From the NCBI GenBank assembly GCA_964407105.1, contig CAYOUG010000001.1:8059-72058 (forward strand): 64,000 nucleotides of DNA, read 5' to 3'. Position 1 is the stretch's first letter; every line of letters starts with the position of its first letter. The position numbers were made by a program, and so were the translations under genes. The stretch comes from an uncultured Candidatus Saccharibacteria bacterium (GTDB lineage Bacteria; Patescibacteriota; Minisyncoccia; Phycocordibacterales; CALRHW01). The notes below the pieces were generated by a model. That model was given only the letters and a program-made list of their open reading frames with translations. It had not been told where the DNA came from and made no database searches. Below, piece by piece: positions 18,079-28,761 of the stretch.

Positions 18079-19623
18079 TTATTGTCCGGCTCGATGTTTA
18101 GGTGTAACCCAAAAACCCATATATTTACCAAAAAGTAATCGTGTTTGTGCTTCCAAACCCGGAATAGATCCAAAAATGGTAATAGTGATTGGTACAAAAA
18201 CCCACTGCAGAACCATAAAAAGTTTTTGATGACGACGTATGTTTAATGGTGCTGGTGGTAAAAAACTAATAGATATAACAGCAGACATCACAAGCCCAGC
18301 CATAGCTAAAATCATAAGATCACGAGTAATGATTGGTAAATTGTAAGACAACACTGTAGTGTGAAAAAATCCATCACCAAGCCATAGTGGTAACCATCCG
18401 AGCAAAAAGATAAGAATTGGATTTGTTGAGAGCGACCAAAAACCCTCTAATTGTACAAAAGATACACGGATTTTTTTCCAAAAAGGAATGTGTGGATTTT
18501 TTATCATACCAAACAAAATATAAGGTACATTTTCTACCCCCCAACCCCAACGACGTTGTTGTTTGTAAATGTTTTTAATCGTCTGCCAAAAAGTTGGTGC
18601 AAGATTTGCATCCATCGAAACCGGATAAGATATCGGCATTACTGTATAATTTCCATCGTAAGCAAGAAATGCATTCCAAAAAATTCGAGAATCTTCTGAA
18701 ACCATATTTTTTTGCCAATACCCTATTTCATAAAGTGTCTTAAAGCTCACAGCATGAGAAGAAAAAGTAGCAAGTTTTTCTGGACGCTCTTGTTGAATCA
18801 TTTGCCAAAAAGTACCTGAAGCCGCTACCACACGAGAAAGTGCCGGGGCTTCCCAAATATTGTTGTTATACAAAGGAACGGGTTGAAACGAAACACGAAA
18901 TGGATTTTCTGCAGTCAAAAAATGCCAAGTAATACAAAGAAAATATTGCGGATATACCACCGTATCAATATCAAAAGCAGACACCACCACATTTTCATAT
19001 GGAATATTGTGCACATCAAGAAGCTCTTTGCGTACCTGTTCTGCAGCATACGCTATATTTGAACCCTTGCCCGGCATTTCACCCAACACACCCTTTGGGT
19101 GGGTTGTGGCCAAAAAATATCCAAACTTTTCTGCATATTTTTTATACATCAACGCATTAATTTCTTGTGCACGTTCTCCATCTGCAAATTCAGAGGCGAG
19201 TACAACAGCAATTTTTTTCTTATCATAATCTGTGCTGAGTAATGCTTGAATACTTTTTTCAACAACATCAATCGGCTCTTTAAAATATGGCAGTATTACA
19301 AGATGTATTACGTGATCATATGAAATATTTTTTAGTGGCACATGCCAATCTAACTTCATATTGTAACGCATGCGTCGCCAGTTGTGACGTAAATAAATAG
19401 AAAGATAAACGGTCTTAAGTAACCAATAAAAATCAAAAGCTATAATAAAAATAGCTGCCAAAATTGGATTAAAATAAGACAAAATCACAGCACCCAAAAG
19501 AGTTCCCCAAGCAAGTGCTCCCGGTATCATTTCAAGCAATCTATACAATACTCTGTCAGATCCACTGAGTTCTGTTGCTCTTCCGATATGAAGAGGTTTA
19601 TGAATATGATACGCTTCAGCCAT
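18079..19623 (-). CDS. processive family-2 glycosyltransferase (cellulose/chitin/hyaluronan-synthase-like), membrane-embedded
   Basis: 514 aa; TM helices on both sides of a GT-A domain; QQRRWGWG (the QxxRW motif of processive beta-glycosyltransferases). Confidence 0.75.
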   Translation of the reverse strand: MAEAYHIHKPLHIGRATELSGSDRVLYRLLEMIPGALAWGTLLGAVILSYFNPILAAIFIIAFDFYWLLKTVYLSIYLRHNWRRMRYNMKLDWHVPLKNISYDHVIHLVILPYFKEPIDVVEKSIQALLSTDYDKKKIAVVLASEFADGERAQEINALMYKKYAEKFGYFLATTHPKGVLGEMPGKGSNIAYAAEQVRKELLDVHNIPYENVVVSAFDIDTVVYPQYFLCITWHFLTAENPFRVSFQPVPLYNNNIWEAPALSRVVAASGTFWQMIQQERPEKLATFSSHAVSFKTLYEIGYWQKNMVSEDSRIFWNAFLAYDGNYTVMPISYPVSMDANLAPTFWQTIKNIYKQQRRWGWGVENVPYILFGMIKNPHIPFWKKIRVSFVQLEGFWSLSTNPILIFLLGWLPLWLGDGFFHTTVLSYNLPIITRDLMILAMAGLVMSAVISISFLPPAPLNIRRHQKLFMVLQWVFVPITITIFGSIPGLEAQTRLLFGKYMGFWVTPKHRAGQ

Positions 19624-19653
19624 ATAGTTTTAAAACCTTCTCACAAATTCCTG

Positions 19654-19726
19654 AGCCACCCGTCGGATTCGAACCGACGACCTATTGTTTACAAAACAAT
19701 TGCTCTACCAACTGAGCTAGGGTGGC
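19654..19726 (-). tRNA. tRNA-Thr (anticodon TGT)
   Basis: Reverse complement GCCACCCTAGCTCAGTTGGTAGAGCAATTGTTTTGTAAACAAT...GGGTGGCT; anticodon loop TTTGTAA. Confidence 0.85.
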
Positions 19727-19731
19727 GTTTT

Positions 19732-20094
19732 TTATTTATTTTTATCTTCAGAAATCTTCTTGATAAAATCTGATGCTTCACCAGTTTGTTTTATCATGTT
19801 TCGTCCACGAATCGTTCGCTCTATTTTTGCATAACGTTCACGAAGTCCGCGTGTCATATCGTGAGCTGTGTTCCATAAATGAAACGGTACGTGGTGTGTA
19901 ATGAAAAAAGAAAGATCCTGTTTTTTCTTTTGAGAACATTGTTTAAACTCATCAAATTTCTCCTCACACAAAGCATCGTACGTATTAACAATATCTGTAA
20001 AACGAAAGACTTTTTGGCGTTTAATCTCAACAAGTCGTACAAATATCATAAGTACGCACACCACACACGATACAACAAAAATTGAAAAAAGCAT
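19732..20094 (-). CDS. hypothetical membrane-anchored protein
   Basis: 120 aa; N-terminal TM helix then a charged domain. Confidence 0.35.
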   Translation of the reverse strand: MLFSIFVVSCVVCVLMIFVRLVEIKRQKVFRFTDIVNTYDALCEEKFDEFKQCSQKKKQDLSFFITHHVPFHLWNTAHDMTRGLRERYAKIERTIRGRNMIKQTGEASDFIKKISEDKNK

Positions 20095-20103
20095 AGTTTT
20101 TGG

Positions 20104-20694
20104 TTACTTTTGAAGAACAGAAAACCGAGAAAATCGGGCTATTTCAGTCTTCTCACCAAACTTCTGTATTGCACCTTCAACGAGCTGTCTTATAGTAAGA
20201 TCTGGATTTTTAATAAACGCCTGATCAAGAAGTGATCGTTCTCCGAAATAAGAATTGAGCTTTCCTTCAAGAATTTTTTGCTTTAGATCTTCTGGCTTAC
20301 CTTCTATATCTTTAGTAAACATTTCTTCTGCCGCTTTTCGCATTTCTTCTGGAACTGAATCCTGCGAGAGATATTGTGGGTCGCTAGCAACTATATGCAT
20401 TGCGATATCATAAGCAAGCGTTTTAAAATCTTCGTTTTTTGCAACGAAATCAGTCTCGCAAAGTAATTCAACCAGAGCTCCAACAGAACCCGTAGAGTGA
20501 ACGTACGCACGCACCACACCAGAACGAAGTGTTCGATCTGTTTTTTTAAGCGCAGTTGCTTTGCTATTTTTTTGAAGAACCATTAAAGCCTTGTTCATAT
20601 CCCCACCAGCTTCTTCTAAAGCTTTTTTGCACTGCATCACAGACACACCTGTTTTATCTCGCAATTCTTTAATTTGATTGGTCGTAATGTCCAT
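20104..20694 (-). CDS. tsf: elongation factor Ts
   Basis: 196 aa; N-terminal UBA-like ITTNQIKELRDKTGVSVMQCKKALEEAGGDMNKA. Confidence 0.9.
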   Translation of the reverse strand: MDITTNQIKELRDKTGVSVMQCKKALEEAGGDMNKALMVLQKNSKATALKKTDRTLRSGVVRAYVHSTGSVGALVELLCETDFVAKNEDFKTLAYDIAMHIVASDPQYLSQDSVPEEMRKAAEEMFTKDIEGKPEDLKQKILEGKLNSYFGERSLLDQAFIKNPDLTIRQLVEGAIQKFGEKTEIARFSRFSVLQK

Positions 20695-20721
20695 ATATAT
20701 ATTATGTAAAAAAACACTTAT

Positions 20722-21429
20722 TTAATCTTTTTTTGCGTTTTTACCAGCCTTGAATGCAGAAGCGATTTCTCCTACTACATAGTTTATTGTATGAATTGAT
20801 GAATCGTTTGCAGGAATCACATAATCTACATCAGCAAAATCACAATCTGATCCAGAGAGGCTAACAATTTTTATATTGTTTTTCTTTGCTTCCGCAATAG
20901 CAATATGCTCTCTTTTTGAGTCTACCACAAAAAGAGCCTTAGGAAATTCTTTCATTGGAATCAGTCCTGAGAAACTTTCTTGAAGATTTATAATGTCGCG
21001 ATCTATTAAAAGACGTTCCTTTTTTGTATATTTTGCAAGTTCTCCTTTTTCTTTTTTTGCTGTAAGATCTTCAAGTTTTGATACTCGTTTTCTAATTTCA
21101 GGAAAGTTTGTAAGAGTACCACCAATCCATCTACCAGCTACATAAGGCTGACCAAGAGATTGCGCTGTGTTTAAAACAGCTTCTTTTGCTTCACTTTTTC
21201 CACCAACAAAAAGTATCATACCGCCAGCAGATGCTATTGATTCGATAAATTTTTTCGCTTCCTCGATTTTTTCTTGTGTTTTTTCAAGATCAAAAATCTC
21301 TACTTTGTTTTTTACTCCAAAAATAAAAGGCTTTGCAGAAGGGTGTCGGCGTGACTTTGTGTAAGCAAAATGAGCGCCTGCTTTAAAAAGGTTTTCTATT
21401 GCATTTTTGGGTGTTTTCTGTGCTTCCAT
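20722..21429 (-). CDS. rpsB: 30S ribosomal protein S2
   Basis: Start taken at MEAQKT to avoid overlap with prfA; LFKAGAHFAYTKSRRHP core. Confidence 0.9.
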   Translation of the reverse strand: MEAQKTPKNAIENLFKAGAHFAYTKSRRHPSAKPFIFGVKNKVEIFDLEKTQEKIEEAKKFIESIASAGGMILFVGGKSEAKEAVLNTAQSLGQPYVAGRWIGGTLTNFPEIRKRVSKLEDLTAKKEKGELAKYTKKERLLIDRDIINLQESFSGLIPMKEFPKALFVVDSKREHIAIAEAKKNNIKIVSLSGSDCDFADVDYVIPANDSSIHTINYVVGEIASAFKAGKNAKKD

Positions 21430-21484
21430 AGGTAGAAAAGAGTCTATCAAATTATGCTTATAAGCGCAATGGTCTAGCCATATC

Positions 21485-22468
21485 TTAATCTTCGTCGTCT
21501 TCTGCGTTTCCAACAACACCTCCCTCACTGTATTTTTTACACGCCTCAATAATTTGATCCAAGTTTCCAAGAAAAATCTGATTGATATTGTGCCAAGATT
21601 GTTTTACGCGATGATCGGTGATACGGTCTTGTAAAATGTTGTAGGTACGAATTTTTTCTGAACGATCAGCTGTTCCTATTTGTCCTATTCGTTCTTTAGA
21701 AAGTGTTTTAACCGCCTCTTCTTCTGCCAACATTTCAAGTTTTGCCGCTAAAATACCCATCGCTTTTTCACGATTTTTTAACTGACTTCGTTCGGCAGTA
21801 GAACGCACATCTATACCAGATGGTTTGTGAATAATACGAACCGCAGTTTCCACCTTGTTCACGTTTTGTCCTCCAGCACCACCCGAACGAGAAAATTCTA
21901 TTTCTAAATCAGCTGGGTTTATTTCAATATGAACTTTTTTACGCATTGGCATAATAGCCACGGACGCTGTAGATGTATGCACACGACCCATTTTCTCTGT
22001 AGCTGGTACACGTTGAATACGATGCACACCAGTTTCAAAACGTAAATCTTTATATACATCTTGACCACGAATTTCAAAAGACGCATCTTTGTATCCACCC
22101 ACAGGACTTCTTGATTCATCTAATTTTCTAAAACCCCACCCACGTTTTATTGAATATTTTTCATACATTTCCGCAAGCTCTTCAGCAAAAAGTGCCGCTT
22201 CATCTCCACCTGCTCCAGCACGTATTTCAAGTACAATTTCGTTTGGAAATTCATCTTCTACTTCATCAACTTTAAGTATTTCATCCATTTGCGCAATCAA
22301 TGCAACTTTTTGATTTTCCAAATTTTTTAGTTCTTCATTTGCAAGTTCCGCCACAGAAGAGTCTTGAGCCAACATTGCTTTCACATTTTCCTCTTCACGC
22401 AAAAGAGACTGATAATGATCAGCCAAATAACTTGTTTTTACATTGTCTTTATATTTTTGAAGGTCCAT
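21485..22468 (-). CDS. prfA: peptide chain release factor 1
   Basis: GGQ motif plus PAT (the P-x-T tripeptide specific to RF1); start at MDLQKYKD. Confidence 0.9.
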   Translation of the reverse strand: MDLQKYKDNVKTSYLADHYQSLLREEENVKAMLAQDSSVAELANEELKNLENQKVALIAQMDEILKVDEVEDEFPNEIVLEIRAGAGGDEAALFAEELAEMYEKYSIKRGWGFRKLDESRSPVGGYKDASFEIRGQDVYKDLRFETGVHRIQRVPATEKMGRVHTSTASVAIMPMRKKVHIEINPADLEIEFSRSGGAGGQNVNKVETAVRIIHKPSGIDVRSTAERSQLKNREKAMGILAAKLEMLAEEEAVKTLSKERIGQIGTADRSEKIRTYNILQDRITDHRVKQSWHNINQIFLGNLDQIIEACKKYSEGGVVGNAEDDED

Positions 22469-22539
22469 GGTGTTTAGTTTAACAGATTTAGTGTAGCAGA
22501 AATTTAATCTGTACACAGAAAATGGTCAAGAATAGGGCT

Positions 22540-22602
22540 AAAAGAAAAAGGACTTCCGAGCGGGTTAGCGTAGCGCTTTAGCGAGGAAGTCCTTTTTCTT
22601 TT
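22540..22602. repeat. hairpin element family 1 copy
   Basis: Arms aaaagaaaaaggacttcc/ggaagtcctttttctttt flank the core gagcgggttagcgtagcgctttagcgag. Lies downstream of rpmE with T-runs on both sides. Confidence 0.7.
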
Positions 22603-22606
22603 GCCA

Positions 22607-22867
22607 TTACTCTTCTTTCTTCTCTTTTGAATCCGAAACCTTTTTAGCTTTCTTAGGAAGAGCCTCTGATTTTGAACGTCGATTTTTAAACTTTTCTACA
22701 CGTCCTGCAGCATCAAGAACCTTTTCATTACCTGTATAAAATGGATGACATGCGCTACAAATTTCCACCGTGATTTTCTCTTTGGTAGATCCAATATTAA
22801 ATTTATTTCCACATGCACACGTCACGCTTGCCTTTGGAAAATACATAGGATGTAACTCTTTTTTCAT
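22607..22867 (-). CDS. rpmE: 50S ribosomal protein L31 with a Lys-rich C-terminal extension
   Basis: [46 protein letters not shown], then [15 protein letters not shown]. Confidence 0.85.
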   Translation of the reverse strand: MKKELHPMYFPKASVTCACGNKFNIGSTKEKITVEICSACHPFYTGNEKVLDAAGRVEKFKNRRSKSEALPKKAKKVSDSKEKKEE

Positions 22868-22944
22868 GGGCACAACTATATCAATAAAGGTGTTTTTTTG
22901 CAAGAAAAAGCTCGCAAAAAACACCACTTGGCTCGTGATTACTT

Positions 22945-24354
22945 TTACAAATTCTCTAAAGGGTCAATCATCGTGGTTTGAATCATTTCTGCCTTTGCCA
23001 TCACCTGATTGCCATAAAAAGCATTTGCTGGATTACTCCACGCTCCACCAGCGTAATATTTCAAAGCCGCGGTACGCTCCGAGGTATACGTAGCTACACC
23101 CGCACCAAGTTCACCTAGATAAATCCCCGAGGCCATAAAAGCATCTCGCGGTAACCATGGATTTGCTATGTTCTTTCCAAGTGCTGTGGCAATTTTTGTT
23201 TGATAACTCTCCCATGTGGTTGGAATAAATTGTGCGGGGCCCATAGCGCCACCCCAACCAGAACCCCAAGGACATGAAAGTGGCATAGATTCTGGATCTA
23301 AACCAAGAGCGTTTGTAATACGTAAATACGCACTTTCATCATCACGTTTTGAAAGTTTTTTAGCGATATCTGTGGGGCCGGGCATTATTTGTTGCCAATG
23401 TTTTGACGGAGGATCCTGAGGACGATTGCATGTTCCAATATTTTTTCCAAGATTTGTTTCTTGTGTCAGAATAGCCAAAAGAAATGCTGGGCGGACACCA
23501 GTTTTTTTAGATACTTCATTTGCATATGTGAGTGCGTCTCCAAATGAAATAGCGGCAGTATCTCGAAGTGCAAAAAGTGCCGAACGAATCTGGGCTGCTT
23601 TCAATTCCCGCTCTTTCAACACTTGGCCATATGTTTTTTCTTGCGTTTTACTAATGCCAAGTAATCTCTTTTTTTCAGCTTCGTTTGCTTCTACTTTTTT
23701 CTTCTCTGCTTCCACAACTGCTTTTGTATCTTTTTCCTGATTTTGTTTTAACGCAAGATCTTCTTTTTCTTTTTCTGTAAGATTTTGTGTAGTGCGTATT
23801 TTTTCAAATAAATCTTGCATTGACGCTTTTATGACATCGAAAGAATCTAGATCAGCAAAAAAACCAGACATGTCTTCGTTTGATAACACCATTTCTACTA
23901 TTGAATAGGAATCGATTTCGTTTGTTTTACGTACAATTTGTGAGAGTGATTCTTTGCTACGTTTTATTTTTTCTGATAAATCATCAATTGTTTTTTCTTT
24001 TTGGCCAATATCTTTACCGAGACGTTCAATGGCTAAATTTCTAGCTTTTATTACAAGCTTTGCTTCTTGAATTTTTGCATTTAAAATAGCAGCGTCACGC
24101 TCTAGAGAAGCTGATTCTTGTTGTTTTCCTTGCAAAATACCGCGCCACTGCGCAATTTCTTTTTCTGTTTGTTCGAGTTCTGCTTTTAGTTGTGCTTCAC
24201 GAGCGGCAATTATTTGTTCTGTATCAGACTGGATATCTGCAAATACAAATTTAGGTGTGGGATGATAGATATTAACACCCACAAAAATGGAAAGTGTAAT
24301 GGCTATGTATGATAAAAAGATGGGTCGCATACAAAAAAACACGCTATTTCTCAC
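22945..24354 (-). CDS. secreted coiled-coil protein with C-terminal MltB-like (SLT_2) lytic transglycosylase domain
   Basis: N-terminal TM helix and a long coiled coil. C-terminal ...[16 protein letters not shown]... matches the GxmQFmPsTW motif of lytic murein transglycosylase B. Confidence 0.55.
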   Translation of the reverse strand: MRNSVFFCMRPIFLSYIAITLSIFVGVNIYHPTPKFVFADIQSDTEQIIAAREAQLKAELEQTEKEIAQWRGILQGKQQESASLERDAAILNAKIQEAKLVIKARNLAIERLGKDIGQKEKTIDDLSEKIKRSKESLSQIVRKTNEIDSYSIVEMVLSNEDMSGFFADLDSFDVIKASMQDLFEKIRTTQNLTEKEKEDLALKQNQEKDTKAVVEAEKKKVEANEAEKKRLLGISKTQEKTYGQVLKERELKAAQIRSALFALRDTAAISFGDALTYANEVSKKTGVRPAFLLAILTQETNLGKNIGTCNRPQDPPSKHWQQIMPGPTDIAKKLSKRDDESAYLRITNALGLDPESMPLSCPWGSGWGGAMGPAQFIPTTWESYQTKIATALGKNIANPWLPRDAFMASGIYLGELGAGVATYTSERTAALKYYAGGAWSNPANAFYGNQVMAKAEMIQTTMIDPLENL

Positions 24355-24381
24355 ACAATATTAGACGAACGAATATAACAA

Positions 24382-25035
24382 TTATTTCTCTTCTGCTGGA
24401 GCTTCTACAGTCTCTTCCTCTTTCTTTCCTTTCTTTTCTACTTCAATAGCAGACAAATCAACAGGAGCTGAAACCTCTTCCACTTCTTCTTTAGCCTCAG
24501 CCACAAGTGCCACTACCTCATCAAAACCACTAACAAGATTAACACCTTCAGGAAGTTTTATGTCTTTTGCAATAATCTGATTTTCAAAAGTAGCAAGAGA
24601 AGAAATATCTACAACAATTTCTCGAGGTAAATCTTTTGGCATAGCTTCCACCTTGAGTTCTCGTAGTACTTTTACTAAAGTACCGCCCAAATCTTTTATT
24701 GCCGGTGCAACACCAATAAATTCAATAGGGATATCAACTTCAATTTTGTGACCTTTTTCAAACACATAGAAGTCTGCGTGTCGTGGTGTTTCTGTAACCG
24801 GATCAAGATCTACGTCATGAATAAGGGCTTCGAGCTCTTCCCCATTTGTTTGTTTTAAAACAACCACAGAAGATTCTCCTGCCTTTTTCCACACCTTCAA
24901 AAAATCGGAAAGTTTAATAGCGATAGGTGTAGATTTCTCTTTTTTACCATAAAAAACAGCGGGCACGGTGCCCTTTTTTCTAAGATCAGCAAGATTTACG
25001 GAAGTGTCCCGTGTTTCTACGTTTAAACTAAGCAT
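24382..25035 (-). CDS. rplY: 50S ribosomal protein L25 / general stress protein Ctc
   Basis: 217 aa; L25 N-domain (PAVFYGK) and the Ctc-type C-domain; acidic tail. Confidence 0.85.
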   Translation of the reverse strand: MLSLNVETRDTSVNLADLRKKGTVPAVFYGKKEKSTPIAIKLSDFLKVWKKAGESSVVVLKQTNGEELEALIHDVDLDPVTETPRHADFYVFEKGHKIEVDIPIEFIGVAPAIKDLGGTLVKVLRELKVEAMPKDLPREIVVDISSLATFENQIIAKDIKLPEGVNLVSGFDEVVALVAEAKEEVEEVSAPVDLSAIEVEKKGKKEEETVEAPAEEK

Positions 25036-25072
25036 TTCACCATTATATATATGACGAGCAAAAAATCAATAG

Positions 25073-26056
25073 TTAAGAGGCCTTTACTTCATTTGGTGGT
25101 ATTTTACCCAAAGAAAAATCAATAATGTTTTGGGCAACTGTTTGAGACATTTCGTTGCGAGCTTCTGTTGTTGCTGAAGCAATATGTGGTGTAAGTACTA
25201 CATTTGAAAGTTTTGTAAGACCATCAGCAAGTCTTGGTTCAAATTCAAATACATCCAAACCAGCACCAGCGATCGTGCCATTTTTAAGGGCTGATACTAA
25301 AGCCCCTTCGTCCACCACCGGACCTCGTGCGGTGTTGATAAGAAAAGCGGTTGGCTTCATAAGTTTTAAACGTTCTTCATTTATGAGATGTTTGGTTGAA
25401 TCTAAAAGTGGCACATGAAGACTCACGATATCTGCTTGTGAAAGCAGTGCTTCTATTGTTTCCATCCGCTTTCCTTGTGATTTTGTTTCGATTGCTTCGT
25501 TTGGTTTTACGTCGTAATAAATAACATTCATATCAAAACCATTTCTCGCATGATAAGCTACTCTTTCTCCTATTCCGCCACCACCAATAATTCCGATAGT
25601 TTTACGAGTAAGTTGAAAACCAATAAAAAGTTCTGGATCCCAACCCTTAAATTTACCCTTTCGAACAAAAGTGTCTGCTTCTACAATACGTTCTGCTAGC
25701 GCAAAAATAAGAGCAAACGTGTGTTCTGCTACGGTTTCGGATGTTGTTTGTGGCTTACCTGGAGTGTTTGTAACAATCACGCCACGTTTAAAACATTCTG
25801 CGACGTCTATGTTGTTAAAACCAACAGCGAAGTTGGCAACGAGTCGCAAAGACGGCGCGGCATCAAGCACTTCTGCGTCCACAGTATCTGTAAGAAGAGA
25901 TAATAAAATATCATACTGATCTTTCTTGAGTTCCTTTTTGAGTTCTTTTTTTGTAAGGGGTCTAGATTTTTGATTTATTTTAAAATAAAAACCACGCTCT
26001 GTGAGCATTGTTAAACATGGGCCAGGAATATGTCGCGTAATGTATATTTTTTTCAT
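25073..26056 (-). CDS. D-isomer-specific 2-hydroxyacid dehydrogenase (glycerate/hydroxypyruvate reductase family)
   Basis: 327 aa; NAD-binding GxGxxG (IGIIGGGGIG); catalytic-domain conservation. Confidence 0.8.
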   Translation of the reverse strand: MKKIYITRHIPGPCLTMLTERGFYFKINQKSRPLTKKELKKELKKDQYDILLSLLTDTVDAEVLDAAPSLRLVANFAVGFNNIDVAECFKRGVIVTNTPGKPQTTSETVAEHTFALIFALAERIVEADTFVRKGKFKGWDPELFIGFQLTRKTIGIIGGGGIGERVAYHARNGFDMNVIYYDVKPNEAIETKSQGKRMETIEALLSQADIVSLHVPLLDSTKHLINEERLKLMKPTAFLINTARGPVVDEGALVSALKNGTIAGAGLDVFEFEPRLADGLTKLSNVVLTPHIASATTEARNEMSQTVAQNIIDFSLGKIPPNEVKAS

Positions 26057-26071
26057 AATTTGTTTAAATAA

Positions 26072-27709
26072 TTACTTATGTGCAATGTGGGCCTTCATAT
26101 ATTCAACAGTTGCGTCCACCTTTTTTCTGGGATTAAAGATATTGTTTGAATCAAAAATATTTTTGGTCTGTTTAAAGAGATCAATTATTTTTTGACTGTA
26201 CATTTTATTTAAATAAGGTGTCCTAATGATACCGTCATTGTGTTCACCTGAAATTGAACCCTTATAAGACGCCACCAAATCAAAAATCTTGTCTGAAACA
26301 ACAGGAATTAGGTCGTGGTTTTTTTGTTGTTTCATATCCATGAGTGGAATAATGTGAAAATTACCATTACCCGCATGACCAGCTATAGTATAGATAAGTT
26401 TATAATCATCAAGAATTTTACGCATCTTTGGAAGAAATTCTGGTAAATATTGTGGCTGTACCACTACGTCGTCTATAAACGGAGCGGTGCGCATACCATG
26501 TACGTGCTTGCGAAGAAGACTAAAGCTTTCGCGCCGAATCGTCCAATATTTCTCTGCTTCAGACACAGTTTTTGTGGCTCGCATTGTAAATTTAAAATGC
26601 TTAATTTTATCTGCAAGTTTTTTCATTTGTGCATCAATTTCCTGCTCATTGTTGCCACTAAACTCTACGAGTAAAATTAATTTTGGAATACCACCGGTAA
26701 TCATCATAAAAACTTCAGGAATAAAACTAAAAATAAGTTTGAAAAAACTACCAGTCTTCATGGTTTTAAGCATTTCTGGCAAAAAACGAATGGCGAGTTT
26801 CATCGTACTATCGTCGTAAGATTCTACGGATTCTGGATTGAGTTCAAGCGCTTCTTTTACCAAATCTCCAAGATTGGTAAGATCACGCAAAAATATGACA
26901 AAAAGTTTTGAATATTTTTCTACTGGTATCAAACGAAGTTTTGCTTCAGTTACAATACCGAGCGTGCCTTGAGAACCCACGATAAGTCTAGTGAGATCAA
27001 AAGTATTACCATCCCAAACATTCCACAAATAGTATCCAGCAGAATTTTTAGAGACTTGTGGTTTTGCAGATTTAATTTCTGCTTCATTTTTTGTAATCAA
27101 CTCAAAAATGTTTTTGTAAAGATTGCCCTCAAAATCACCTTGTGACATTTTCAAATCTAATTCTGAACACGAAAGAGGTTTTACTGTATATTCTTTTCCG
27201 TCTACAAAAACAACTTTGAGTTCTTCTACAAAATTTTCCATCTTTCCATAACGAAGTGTTTTTTCTCCAGCAGCGTTGTTGCCTATCATTCCACCTATCG
27301 CGCACAGATTTTTTGAAGCAGTAAAACATGGCAAAATTAAGTTTCGTTTTAATGTTTCTGGTTCAAAGTCCCGATAAAAAGTGCCGGGAAGAACGCGCAC
27401 AGACTGACCTTCAAAACCAACAATTCCTTGCATGTGTTTTGAAACGTCGGCAATAATAGATTCATTAATCGGCCCACCAGACATACAGCTTCCCGCGGCA
27501 CGCACAGTAATAGAAAGATTTTGGTTTTCTGATTTATGTTCTGCTACATATTTTGTAAGTGCCACAATATCTTTTGCGTGCTTTGGAAAAACCACCAAAC
27601 ACGGCTTCACCTCAAGCAAGCTCGCATCATGACTATATTGTTCGAGCGTTTTAGCATCATCAACACACTCCCCCTCAATCAAAGCTTGAATTTCTTCTTT
27701 TAGAGCCAT
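26072..27709 (-). CDS. FAD-linked oxidase (GlcD/D-lactate dehydrogenase family)
   Basis: 545 aa; PCMH-type FAD-binding domain followed by a C-terminal oxidase domain. Confidence 0.8.
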   Translation of the reverse strand: MALKEEIQALIEGECVDDAKTLEQYSHDASLLEVKPCLVVFPKHAKDIVALTKYVAEHKSENQNLSITVRAAGSCMSGGPINESIIADVSKHMQGIVGFEGQSVRVLPGTFYRDFEPETLKRNLILPCFTASKNLCAIGGMIGNNAAGEKTLRYGKMENFVEELKVVFVDGKEYTVKPLSCSELDLKMSQGDFEGNLYKNIFELITKNEAEIKSAKPQVSKNSAGYYLWNVWDGNTFDLTRLIVGSQGTLGIVTEAKLRLIPVEKYSKLFVIFLRDLTNLGDLVKEALELNPESVESYDDSTMKLAIRFLPEMLKTMKTGSFFKLIFSFIPEVFMMITGGIPKLILLVEFSGNNEQEIDAQMKKLADKIKHFKFTMRATKTVSEAEKYWTIRRESFSLLRKHVHGMRTAPFIDDVVVQPQYLPEFLPKMRKILDDYKLIYTIAGHAGNGNFHIIPLMDMKQQKNHDLIPVVSDKIFDLVASYKGSISGEHNDGIIRTPYLNKMYSQKIIDLFKQTKNIFDSNNIFNPRKKVDATVEYMKAHIAHK

Positions 27710-27719
27710 GTTTGATTTG

Positions 27720-28589
27720 TTAATTTAATTTATTGAATATTTTTAATTTTTCTTCTGCCACTTTTTCTACAGCAAGAAGTGCTGGTTTTAAAATTTTATA
27801 TGGTGCCACCTCATCAGGATTTTCTTGTAAAAAAAGCTTTAGCGCATCACGGTATGCCACACGAAGCTCTGTGTTTATATGTACAATTCCTACACCAGCA
27901 TCAATACCATTTTGAAAATCATCGCTACTGTTGCCTGATCCACCATGAAGCACAAGTGGTACACCGGTTGCTTGTGAAATTTTTTTGATGCGTTCAATAT
28001 TTAATTTTGGATCACTTCCACCACGAAGCATGCCGTGAATATTGCCCACAGCAGGAGCAAGCATATCCACACCCGTTTCCTCTACAAACATTTTTGCTTC
28101 GTCCGAACTGGTAAGCATGTCTTCTCCTTGTGCCGCACCCTCTGGAATTTCATCTAAAATTTTTGATGACTGACCAATATATCCGAGCTCTCCTTCTATC
28201 ACTACATCACGACCACCTGACCTAGCATATTCAACACATTTTTTTGCCATCATGACATTTTCTTCAAAAGAAACTTTTGCGCCATCGAAAATAACAGAAT
28301 CAAAACCAGCGTCTATAGCCTCTTTCACTTTTTCAAATGAATATGTGTGATCGGCGTTTAGAAAAATTGGAAAATTGTGCTCTTCACGAATACTTTTCAC
28401 AAGCGCTACCGCCTGACGCACACCCACAAACTCTCGCTCACCTTCTGACACACCGATAATCACCGGCACATTTAGCTTTTTTGCTGCATTAAAAATCCCC
28501 CACAACGCCTCAAGATTTGAAATATTAAAATGTCCCACCGCCACACCTTTTTGCATCGCCTCCGCGACCGTTTCTCGTAATGTTTTCAT
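27720..28589 (-). CDS. fba: class II fructose-bisphosphate aldolase
   Basis: Start at MKTLRETVAEAMQKGVAVGHFN; LNADHTYSFE and LHGGSG metal-site motifs. Confidence 0.9.
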   Translation of the reverse strand: MKTLRETVAEAMQKGVAVGHFNISNLEALWGIFNAAKKLNVPVIIGVSEGEREFVGVRQAVALVKSIREEHNFPIFLNADHTYSFEKVKEAIDAGFDSVIFDGAKVSFEENVMMAKKCVEYARSGGRDVVIEGELGYIGQSSKILDEIPEGAAQGEDMLTSSDEAKMFVEETGVDMLAPAVGNIHGMLRGGSDPKLNIERIKKISQATGVPLVLHGGSGNSSDDFQNGIDAGVGIVHINTELRVAYRDALKLFLQENPDEVAPYKILKPALLAVEKVAEEKLKIFNKLN

Positions 28590-28761
28590 GGATATATAGT
28601 AACACACCAATGTGTAGACTATTTCCACATAAAAGAAAAAGCCCTGCACGCGATGTACAGAGCTTCCATTGTTTACGTTTTGGAATACGTTGCGACAACA
28701 TTGTCGCGAAGGACTAAGGTCAAGGGTTCAAGAAGACCCAAGGTGACCGAAGTCCTGAGTA